64,000 nucleotides of DNA, from positions 1,664,001 through 1,728,000 of the forward strand of contig CAXXLZ010000002.1 in assembly GCA_963675595.2 (NCBI GenBank), written 5' to 3'. The position numbers and the translations under genes were made by a program. This DNA comes from Thermodesulfobacteriota bacterium (lineage in GTDB: Bacteria; Desulfobacterota; Desulfarculia; JACQYL01). The notes beneath the pieces are model-generated. The model was not told the origin of the DNA, made no database searches, and was given only the letters and a program-made list of their open reading frames with translations. Below are positions 10,002-19,066 of the stretch, in pieces. Each line of letters opens with the position of its first letter. Position 1 is the first letter of the stretch.

Positions 10002-10130
10002 GGGTGGTTCTCCTTATTGGTGTCTCTTTGTGCGTGATTAGCCGGCCTTGGCGCGCTCCGGGCGCTGTGGCTTCATCAGGGCGGAGGCTGGAAATGGAGC
10101 GCAAGGCCTGAAATCCTCATCGCCATGAAC

Positions 10131-10165
10131 AGGATAAAACAGGATCGTTCCAGATTACGGAACGA
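10131..10165 (-). promoter_or_regulatory. Palindromic operator 2 plus -10 box upstream of the AAA-WYL-A unit
   Basis: Minus strand TCGTTCC GTAATCT GGAACG ATCCTGTTT TATCCT. Confidence 0.7.
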
Positions 10166-10392
10166 AAAATATTTTATCTCTGTGGAAGTTGGGGACGCGT
10201 TTGAGGGAGGCTACGCGTTTACTGCATGGCGGAACTCTCGGGTGGGTTGAAGGTCGGTTCTCCTCGATAGCCTGGGAGAAGTCTCGTCATGCGTTGAACA
10301 GGCTGAAAAGGGGTTTCGATCTCGGAAAAACTTTCATTGCCGTTTCCTTTCGGCTCAAGAAAGTGATTTTCGAGGACGGCGAAAAAATCTGG

Positions 10393-10428
10393 AACGTTCC
10401 GGAATCTGGAATGTTGGGGGTGTATGTT
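10393..10428 (+). promoter_or_regulatory. Palindromic operator 3 plus -10 box upstream of the small membrane gene
   Basis: AACGTTCC GGAATCT GGAATG TTGGGGGTG TATGTT; an extra half site AATCTGGAACG lies immediately upstream. Confidence 0.7.
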
Positions 10429-10510
10429 CGTGCCGTATCGAAAAGGCGTTGAAGCTGAGTATCCGTAATCTCGGTCGGTCGGCAATGATTGGACAAAAGG
10501 AAAAGGAGGG

Positions 10511-10858
10511 TTGGAAATGAATGATTTCAGCATCAAGAAGTTGGATACGGACCTGGACGCTACGGGCGCCCTGGGGCATGTGATTCTGTGGTTCATCATC
10601 ATGGTGGTCACGTTGGGGTTCGGAGCGTTCCTGTTTCCCTACGCCTTCACCAAGACGGTCATCAACAAGACCTACCTGGTGGACGCCCAGGGTCGTCGGG
10701 TCGGCCGGTTGAAATGCGACCTGGATTTGGGGAGTCAGATCGGCCACGCCATCATCTGGTTCATCCTTTCGATCATCACTTTTGGATTCGCGTACTTGAT
10801 CTACTTCTACAAGGTTTTCCAGTACGCCATCAAAAAAACTACGGTGGAACCCGTGTAA
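10511..10858 (+). CDS. Small membrane protein with internal duplication (DUF6693-like)
   Basis: RBS AAGGAGG; two repeats GHxIxWFIxxxxTxGF. Confidence 0.7.
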   Translation: MEMNDFSIKKLDTDLDATGALGHVILWFIIMVVTLGFGAFLFPYAFTKTVINKTYLVDAQGRRVGRLKCDLDLGSQIGHAIIWFILSIITFGFAYLIYFYKVFQYAIKKTTVEPV

Positions 10859-11134
10859 CGGAAACGGTTTGGCTCGACCGAGAGCCTGCTGCTTCAACGC
10901 CTTCGGTTTGGAATGCAGTATCGGGCTCGGGGCTCCGAGCCTTGCAAGCTACTGAGAGAAATTTTCTTCCCAACACGATTGTCGTCGCCTCATTCGGGTT
11001 GATATCACATATTCCAAAACAGAATATTTAGGGGGGATATCGGTAGGTATGAGGGTGCTGGAGGCGATGGATAGGATTATCAGTGAAGAACAGAAAGATT
11101 CATCCACAGCATTTGACGTCAACGGAAAATTCCT

Positions 11135-11854
11135 ATGCAAAGAGACATTGAAATAAGAAAAGATTTCATCCAGACTTTCCGAATCAAACGTGTCGGCCTC
11201 GCACGAATCTGGAAAGACTGGGAGAACAGCGCAATACTGCTGATTTCCGGCTATCGGATTTCGGATACCGACGATCACGAGAACAGAATCAGGACCGAGA
11301 AAGAAAAGAACCTGGAGAAGACTCTCGAGCTCATCAAGGCGGCGGACCGTCCCGTTTACCGCACCGTACTGACTGAGGGGATCTGGACCGGCCATCACAC
11401 CGGAAGACGTTATGTTGAGGACATGCTTCTCATTAGAGCCGGGGTCAAGGAAGTCGATATGCTTTTTGAAGACTGCATGAACTGGATGGCCGTATATGAG
11501 CAAAAAGCCGCAGCCTTTAAATATCCCGGCGACGAACGCGCCCATATCGTGTTCAATAATGGGTCTCTCAAACCGGCAGGCATCCGGAATCCCGGTAAGG
11601 TTACGGAAGATTTCGCCGAGCTCAGAAACACCGACAAGTTTGTTCACGCTCATTTGTACGGAGGTCGCGGCTTGATGGGCGCGCGTCTTTGGTCGGCAAT
11701 CATCAAGAACCTGGGGCCGGAATCCGACAGGGTCATTGAAGCCCATATCCACAAACCAATGAACGTAATCTGCTATAAGCTTTGGAAGGCGGCAGGACAC
11801 CAAATCAATCGTGAGAGTGCCAAGTATCTATTGAAAGGTGAATTGCGGGAATAG
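11135..11854 (+). CDS. Hypothetical protein, 239 aa
   Basis: Long ORF with protein-like composition; no confident domain. Confidence 0.6.
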   Translation: MQRDIEIRKDFIQTFRIKRVGLARIWKDWENSAILLISGYRISDTDDHENRIRTEKEKNLEKTLELIKAADRPVYRTVLTEGIWTGHHTGRRYVEDMLLIRAGVKEVDMLFEDCMNWMAVYEQKAAAFKYPGDERAHIVFNNGSLKPAGIRNPGKVTEDFAELRNTDKFVHAHLYGGRGLMGARLWSAIIKNLGPESDRVIEAHIHKPMNVICYKLWKAAGHQINRESAKYLLKGELRE

Positions 11855-12127
11855 TAAGGTTTCATCCGGGTACCATAATACTGAGCGGGAGTGGTTGCAA
11901 ATAAACAACATCCCGAAATAATACTCATAGATATAATGGGCGTATATCATAGTTATATGGATGTATGTCAAATATTGACTTATGGTTGTGTTCCATCGCA
12001 CTCAATAAACAAATTTGTACACCCCCTTGAAACGGGGTATGGAAACCCTTTACCATCTGTGATCTCGTTTGGTATGAAGATGTTCGTACTATGTTCTAAA
12101 TGCTTTTGAAACCCGGAGCAATAATAG

Positions 12128-13420
12128 ATGACAATTACATGGGGTATTCTGGGTCCCGAATTCTTGCCGAATGCGCGCCGTACGAGAACCCTTGGACTGG
12201 GTGCGTCAGTGCGTTCATTTAATGATCTTGCCGTTCCGGGTCTGGGTGGTGTGTGGTATGGCAAGCAATTGCTGCTGGCGTCACTCGGTGTCGCCGTAGC
12301 GGAGGAGGCACGCAGCCGGGGGGCAAAAGTACAGAATATTGAAGTGGCCAACGCGATTGAAGCGTTGGCCTGTTGGCTGGCCTTCAAGAGCAACGGCTGG
12401 AGTCGCGATGATCGTTTGCGGGGGAATACCAAGTTGCACGGCAAAGACGATTTCAGCTTCCGGCGTGTGCGGCAGCGAAACTTCTACATCACGCAACCTA
12501 TGCGAATGGCGACTGTCCAGGCATTACCGGCCCTTGGCTTTGTCGAATCCGACAGTGCGCGCTTCAACGCATTTCGTTGTTCGGTTCCAGGAAAGGCCTT
12601 TATCGAACAAGCTACTGAGGACTATCGTCCGTATAACAGGTCAGTTATTGATCATCTAACGTCTTGGGTGCAGATGAAAGTTGATCGTGTCGATACGGAT
12701 GCACTTCAAAATGTCTTGTCTCCACTGAATCGACTTCCCGGAAAAGCAATACCGTTGCTTCGCGAAAGAATAAAGCAAGGTGGGAATGAAAGGCATGAAG
12801 ACAAGGAACGCCGATGCGATTCACTAAACTGGGTCGAGGCACTCCGAGTAAAAAGCCTGGATAGGCAGACGTGGGAGCACCGACCAAGAGAAGTTTCGGA
12901 GAAGCATTGGCATGACCTCCAGGCGGGGGCTTTGTTCTTTGAAACACGCGAATCCGCTATTGCGGTACTCGATGCAGCAGAAGCCCACATCGGAAACCAG
13001 ACAATCAGTCAGTCTTGTTGCTTGGCGCATATTCCGGAAGTACTGAACTCTTCGATTGAAAAACTGAAATCAACGGCAAATGAGTATTTGATGTCTAAAC
13101 ACACGGATGAAGAAGCCAACAAATTCTGTCGCGAGTGCGTAGATGACGACCCATCCACTATCTTGCGGACTTTGGTGAAACGAGACGGTCATGTGTTGCG
13201 TTTGGTGGGTGAAGACGTAAAGCCGGGGCCGGCATTTCGCGGTCCGATAATTCAGACCCGATCCGAGGAAGGCGAGGATCAAGACACGCCGCAAGCAATG
13301 GAAATTCCAGTGCCAGAGAGCATTTCCTACCGTGTGCGCAATCTATATCTCTTGAATCTCGATATGCACGGTAAACTGGATGGATGGCTGAAACCATATC
13401 CGAACGGGGGTGAAGCGTGA
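12128..13420 (+). CDS. Hypothetical protein, DUF6361-like N-terminus (Azaca-like component)
   Basis: RTLGLGASVRSFNDLAVPG resembles the LGxG..R..F.D...PG start of DUF6361; GTGA overlap with the next gene. Confidence 0.55.
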   Translation: MTITWGILGPEFLPNARRTRTLGLGASVRSFNDLAVPGLGGVWYGKQLLLASLGVAVAEEARSRGAKVQNIEVANAIEALACWLAFKSNGWSRDDRLRGNTKLHGKDDFSFRRVRQRNFYITQPMRMATVQALPALGFVESDSARFNAFRCSVPGKAFIEQATEDYRPYNRSVIDHLTSWVQMKVDRVDTDALQNVLSPLNRLPGKAIPLLRERIKQGGNERHEDKERRCDSLNWVEALRVKSLDRQTWEHRPREVSEKHWHDLQAGALFFETRESAIAVLDAAEAHIGNQTISQSCCLAHIPEVLNSSIEKLKSTANEYLMSKHTDEEANKFCRECVDDDPSTILRTLVKRDGHVLRLVGEDVKPGPAFRGPIIQTRSEEGEDQDTPQAMEIPVPESISYRVRNLYLLNLDMHGKLDGWLKPYPNGGEA

Positions 13421-15435
13421 GTCGCAGTAGCGAAACTTTGAGACCGCCATCTTTGGCTCAGCATTTCGATGCACCGGATGATTTCACCGGACATTTCGGC
13501 TGGCTGTGCGGCTACTCAGCGGATGCACCATTCCTTGATGAAGCCACTGAACGTTTTTCCCGGCTTACCCGTTCCCAACGCGGCCACGAGGGCCGCATTT
13601 TTCTCGCCGTGGTGCTTGATCCGCATAACCCTCCCGTTTCTCTAACGGATGTGCCAGGGGTGGCGCATTTACGGATGATCAAGGATGCTAATAAGCCATT
13701 CCGGCTGCTGCATGCAAAGGTCGCGTTGCTGGGGTTCCGCCATCAGGAAAACCCCGCAAACTGGCAATTACGCTTGCTGGTGTCTACCGGCAATTGGACA
13801 CGGCAGACGCTCGAAGAGAGTATAGATATGGGGTGGCGTATTGATATCACCAGTGAATCGCTCAGCAACCCGGACGCAGATATCGATCAAGCCTGCACGG
13901 ACATCAAGGCTGCCTGGGATCTATTGAAATGGATTCAGCGGTTCTTCGACTTCCAGCTGCTCAATGCGGCTGGCAATGGTTATATCAATGAAACGAAAAA
14001 ATCATTGCAACAGGTCAACCAATGGATTGATGCATGTTCGAAAAAGGCACAAAGTCGACCGAGGTTCTTAGACAATCGGAGCAAGTCCCTGCTGTCTCAA
14101 CTGCCCGAGAAAGTAAAGGCCTGTTGCGAGGTGAAGCGCAATTACCTAGCCATGGGGTCAGGGTTTTACGAAGAGTCGGCCGATCAGGGAACAGCTCCTA
14201 AATTACCCGTCGCGATCGTTAGATCGCTGCAAAGTGAGGGCTTGCTGACCAAGAATCCGGAAGTGGACCTTTATGTCAATCCTATAGCCTGCCAAGCGAT
14301 AGCAACATCTGTAAACTCATTGCAGTCATTTGGTATCACGATCCGACCTGCGTTTATACCGCTAGTTGTGTTTGGAGAAGGAGCACAGCGTAGCTTGCAC
14401 GCCAAGTTCCTGTTCAGTGCCAACCATCGTGACAGCTCCAATATCTGTGCAAGTGCCTGGATTTATATGGGTTCCGCCAACTTGACCAAGCCGGGTTTTG
14501 ACAATCCAATGAGCGCTGATGCGGGCAACCTCGAGGCGGGGGTCGTGTTTGCTCCGAGCACATTGTATTGGAGTAAAGACAAAACAACTCAAAGTGTTCT
14601 GGTGGTGACGAACCTGCTTCCTATTCAGTGGGACGAGGAGATTGGAGACACGAGCCATTTGTCTGCAGGCTCGGGTATTGAACAACGGGATGAAATCTAT
14701 CTTGCGCCCCCTATTGCCTTTCTCACATGGCACGACAGTGTACCGGAATTACGAACAGATGAACCCGCTGACTATGTCGATGTGCTCGATTCAGCAGGAG
14801 TCGTCTGTTCAAGAAGAGAAAGCGGATTTCAGTGGTGCGAAGCTCAACCCCGGCAAGTTCGCATTCGCTGGCAAGCAAACGATCAGACACTCGAATCCAT
14901 GATACCCATAGTCGATCAATATGGGCGCATAGCCGCCACTGAGCTACCCTTTATTGATATCGATCAGGCATGGTGGCAACTCGCGGATTTTCCAATGCCC
15001 CCGAATGAAGATGACGGAGACGGCGGAAGCGATGAAATTGAAGGCAAGCACAAAGTGCAAGGGCGTTCAGCAGAGATAACCAACTATCCGATACGGCAGA
15101 TGATGGAATTGATTGAAAACATCGCCGCCAAACAAACCAAGATCGACAAATTGGATTTGGATTTCTGGTGCAACCGCCTCGAGCAAACCTTAGGACAAAC
15201 AGCCGAAAGCATTCCCGTGTGATATTTTCGCGACGAGCTTAAGGTGAACCCGTTGAGTCCGCTGCGACACGAGCCATTTCGTCCGTCGTTTGCGGAAAAC
15301 AGTGATTCAGAGCCGGGGAGATTGTACGATAAGACCTTGGATCGGATCGAAGAGATGTGGAAGGTTGATGAATTAGAACGCTTGGGGACTTGCAATGAAT
15401 CGAAAATTCAAGGGCTGGAAAATAGTTGCAGATGA
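13417..15435 (+). CDS. Phospholipase D-fold nuclease with two HxK motifs; in-frame TGA at 15220-15222
   Basis: LLHAKV...VSTGNWT and SLHAKF...MGSANLT; the same frame stays open from 15223 to 15435. Confidence 0.75.
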
Positions 15436-18052
15436 ACTTCGCGCGCTTGCAGATGATCGAGTCATGGAACTCAACGACGGGCAAGTAGCGAGCCTGCATG
15501 CACTTGCCGATCGACTAACCAAGAACGGCGTGATCATTGCGGACGAAGTCGGCATGGGAAAGACTCGGATTGCTACAGCGGTCGCACGTTGTGTGATTGC
15601 GGCTGGAGGGCGAGTTGCGATACTGGCGCCACCGGGGTTGGGCTATCAATGGGGCGACGAATTACGGAACGCCGAAGTCGACGCACCACCAATCTTGCGC
15701 AGCCTCTGGCAATATTTCCAGGCATGGGAGACCGAGGAGAAGTGTGTCCCTTGGTTTCAAGAGTCAGCTCTGGTAGTCTCGCATTCTTTTGCGAACTGGC
15801 GGCTTGGAGAGAAAACTGATCCTTGGCGTTGGGCTTTGCTACCGGAAATATACTATAGATGGCGCAAGCAAACGAACGGACGTTGGCCGCGGGACTACTG
15901 CGGAAACAAAATACTTGGCGACGAGAGGGTTCGACGAGCTGCCGAAAGCATTGTTGGCGCAATAAGCGCCAGCCCAGAAGTGCACCCTGTGCGAAGGTTT
16001 ATTCGCGAATTGGCCGAAAACACGCCGTGGCCAAGTGCGCTCACTGCTGTCGAATATGCGAGTAACGCACAACTGCGGCCCTGGCTGGAACGTGCGGTGG
16101 GACTTGGGATGGGATTGTTTGATTTGGTTATTGTTGATGAAGCACACAAAAGCCGCGGCCAAGGCAGTGGCTTGAATCGATTGCTAAAAAAGGTGGTTTT
16201 GGAATCTACCTTTGCACGCTGCTTAGCAATGACGGCCACTCCCGTGGAGCTTGATGTGGAACAGTGGACGCAGATGTTAGAGCGTATCCAAGTCGAGGAA
16301 TTATCGAAAGAAGCGGCGACCCAGGCAATTAGAGATTACGCTCAAAAAGTAGATAGGGTGAGGCAATGCCCGAGCGACAAAGAGGTGCGTGAGAAATACA
16401 AGCGATCAGCTAAGACTTTCGAACAAGCACTAATTCCTTATATCCTGCGACGTGATAAACGAGAAGAGCCAGCGGTCAAGAAGTTTCAACAAATATCTGG
16501 CGAGGGCTATCACGCCTACCGAGATGAAAAGGAAATACTGATTGATACTGCGCGACTGATTCCCGAATGGAAACATGCGGTGTGCGCTGCGGAAGCCTTG
16601 TCTTTTGTCACACGTCAATCCGACAATACGGCGGCCAAGCGGCTTCGTCTGACCATAGGCAATGGTCACGGAATCGCAGCCCTGATTGATCAATTGCAAA
16701 GAGATGATTTAGATGACCATAGACAAATGAAATCCGATTGCCTCCCTGAGATTACTACACAGAATAACATCGAATCAGAACTTTCCGATGACAAGCGACT
16801 GCTACGTGCAGACTGGTGGCAGAATGTCATGATCAAACCATTCATGAACGATGGATCGACGTTATTCAATCACCCTGCTATTCTGAAAGCAGTCGAAGAG
16901 ATTGAGAAAGCCTGCCGGCGAGGGGAGAAGGTACTGGTGTTCGGGCGCTTTACTCGACCGCTACGCGCGTTGGTGCAATTGCTCAATGCTCGGGAAATGC
17001 TGCGCTGCTTGGAAAACAACCGACTTTGGCCACAATCCAAAGTGCATGAAAACGAAGAATGGGATGCTGTTTTGGCTGCTCGTCGGCAGCTGCAAATACA
17101 AGGAGAATTGGATAGGAATCTTCTGGATCAAGCTCTTGCTAAGCAGTACCAAGTGCTTGAGAATCAGCGCCGTAATATTCGGGGAAAGCTAATTAGACAC
17201 ATCGAAGAAGGGCTCAACAACAACAAGTCGGAGAAGCGTGTGCGAGCACTATTTGATGCTTTCAGGAGGTCGGCTACGGAGGTTCCAAAACAGCTTCAAG
17301 ACAACGACGATCATGCATTGGCTGTAGTGTCTCGGGCGATGCACGAATTGATAGGATCAAGCATTGAGAATGCAGCGTCCTCCGACTTCGCGCAGGCTTT
17401 TACTGAGCTGGTGGTGGCAGCAAGCGATCGCGATGAGGGGGATGCAGACGGCGATGGTCAGCTAGATGAAGATGAAGCCTCTGATCTTTGGGCCGATCTC
17501 AGAAAAAGGTTAGATGAGGAATATAACCGCCCAGAAGGAAGATATGCGCGACTCATGTATGGAGCGACAAAACCCGCAACTCGGCGCTTCCTGCAACTTT
17601 CCTTTAATCGAAAGCAAGGGCACCCGAAGGTACTAGTGGCACAATCACTAGTGGGTCGTGAAGGGCTTAATCTTCACAAGGCATGCCGAACTGTTGTGCT
17701 GTTGCATCCCGAGTGGAATCCAGGTGTTGTTGAACAGCAGATTGGTAGAGTCGACAGGATCGGCAGTCTTTGGGAGGAGAAATTGAACCAGGTGATCGCC
17801 GATAAGCAAACGACTAGCGATCTCCCAAGAATTGAAATCCGCCCGGTCGTTTTTGGCGGTACGTATGATGAGAAAAACTGGCAGGTGCTTCATCACCGAT
17901 GGGATGATTTGCGTGCGCAACTTCACGGAATCGTCCTTACTTCACGCATCGCTGAAAAATATTCGAATGCAGATGAATTGGTCATTGAAATAAATGAAGC
18001 TGCTCCAAACTTTTCACCATTGACCCAGGTATCCTTTTCAGAAGGGGTTTGA
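15395..18052 (+). CDS. SNF2-family (SF2) helicase
   Basis: ADEVGMGKT, VDEAH, MTATP, VGREGLNL, WNPGVVEQQIGRVDRIG. Confidence 0.9.
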   Translation: MNRKFKGWKIVADELRALADDRVMELNDGQVASLHALADRLTKNGVIIADEVGMGKTRIATAVARCVIAAGGRVAILAPPGLGYQWGDELRNAEVDAPPILRSLWQYFQAWETEEKCVPWFQESALVVSHSFANWRLGEKTDPWRWALLPEIYYRWRKQTNGRWPRDYCGNKILGDERVRRAAESIVGAISASPEVHPVRRFIRELAENTPWPSALTAVEYASNAQLRPWLERAVGLGMGLFDLVIVDEAHKSRGQGSGLNRLLKKVVLESTFARCLAMTATPVELDVEQWTQMLERIQVEELSKEAATQAIRDYAQKVDRVRQCPSDKEVREKYKRSAKTFEQALIPYILRRDKREEPAVKKFQQISGEGYHAYRDEKEILIDTARLIPEWKHAVCAAEALSFVTRQSDNTAAKRLRLTIGNGHGIAALIDQLQRDDLDDHRQMKSDCLPEITTQNNIESELSDDKRLLRADWWQNVMIKPFMNDGSTLFNHPAILKAVEEIEKACRRGEKVLVFGRFTRPLRALVQLLNAREMLRCLENNRLWPQSKVHENEEWDAVLAARRQLQIQGELDRNLLDQALAKQYQVLENQRRNIRGKLIRHIEEGLNNNKSEKRVRALFDAFRRSATEVPKQLQDNDDHALAVVSRAMHELIGSSIENAASSDFAQAFTELVVAASDRDEGDADGDGQLDEDEASDLWADLRKRLDEEYNRPEGRYARLMYGATKPATRRFLQLSFNRKQGHPKVLVAQSLVGREGLNLHKACRTVVLLHPEWNPGVVEQQIGRVDRIGSLWEEKLNQVIADKQTTSDLPRIEIRPVVFGGTYDEKNWQVLHHRWDDLRAQLHGIVLTSRIAEKYSNADELVIEINEAAPNFSPLTQVSFSEGV

Positions 18053-18675
18053 TCCGGCCTTGTTGCGGATTTATTCAACTCACCCCGTTAGACTTGATGA
18101 AGGGTCCGAAAAATTGTCTCCAAGATTCCAGCATGGACGGTTCATGAGTAACCACATAATTACTCTTCCCAAGGCGGATGAATGCATTGCTCGCCATAGT
18201 ATGACAATTTGAGATTACCGAAACCGAAATGAAAGCTCGGCAATGAAGCACACAATTTCCTTAGGAAATCCGAGGTGTTGGGACATAAGAAGCTCCGGCT
18301 GTACCAGAGTCCGGGTTCGTTTGCCGCTTACTTCCTGGGTATGGCAGATATCGATCCTTTAGTAAATGATCTGTCATTCGAGTTCTTGCTGAATCCGAAC
18401 GGGAAGAGCATTGAGACAATCTTCGCGGTCCCTTTCGGGAGGAGCTTTTTCATGCCCTGCAGAAGCATATTTCCAAGTTCGAAGTGAACTTCACATCGAA
18501 ATCTGACTGGCTTCAAATGGCATAAAGATGTCATCATAGAAAATAGAATATCTGTAATTTCTCCCAAAAGACGAGCTCTCAATGGAAACTAATGAACACC
18601 TCCGTACCTTATTCCGACAAAAGCGTGAAGCCGCTGGTCTTCGTCCCTCCGAACTGGCGGAAAAGATCGTGTCGG

Positions 18676-18794
18676 GGTAGTGTCCAGAATTTTTCGCACT
18701 TTGTAGGAGTCGTCCCTCGCGCGTTGGTTTGAGTAGGCAGCCCCGGGTCCCATGCGCCGGGGCTGCCGGTCGATATCAGCAGGCGACGTTGAGC
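18676..18794 (-). mobile_element. Remnant of an IS256-family 3' end
   Basis: Close match to 36946-37064 (GGTAGTGTCCAGAAT.TTTCGCACTTTGTAGGAGTCGTCCCTCGC...CGATATCAGCAGGCG). Confidence 0.85.
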
Positions 18795-18921
18795 TTCGAT
18801 TATCTGTTCTGAATTCAATCGATCTGCGGTTTTCTATCGTTCTTGAAGAGCTTCCTCTATACCCCCGGCTGAAGCAAGGTTAAACCACATGTGTGCTTGT
18901 ACATAGTCTTGCGGGACGCCA
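18783..18921 (-). pseudogene. Fragment of a Sel1-repeat protein
   Basis: Translates as GVPQDYVQAHMWFNLASAGGIEEALQER*KTADRLNSEQIIEAQRR, a typical terminal Sel1 repeat plus capping helix. Confidence 0.7.
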
Positions 18922-19066
18922 TATGAATTCACAGAGTAGTTTATCCAAACCTAAACAAATATTCTACAAAATGTCAGCTGTTCAATACTATGTAGTGTTA
19001 TAAGCCATCATATCTCATGCATATCCATACTGTTTAAGACAAATAACTATATTGTGTAGTATTTCA

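Noticed and set aside
10355-11803. Long minus-strand ORFs 10355-10897 and 10949-11803
   Set aside because: Antisense shadows of the better-supported plus-strand genes
18060-18600. Short ORFs and possible gene remnant after the helicase
   Set aside because: Multiple stops in all frames and no recognisable motif
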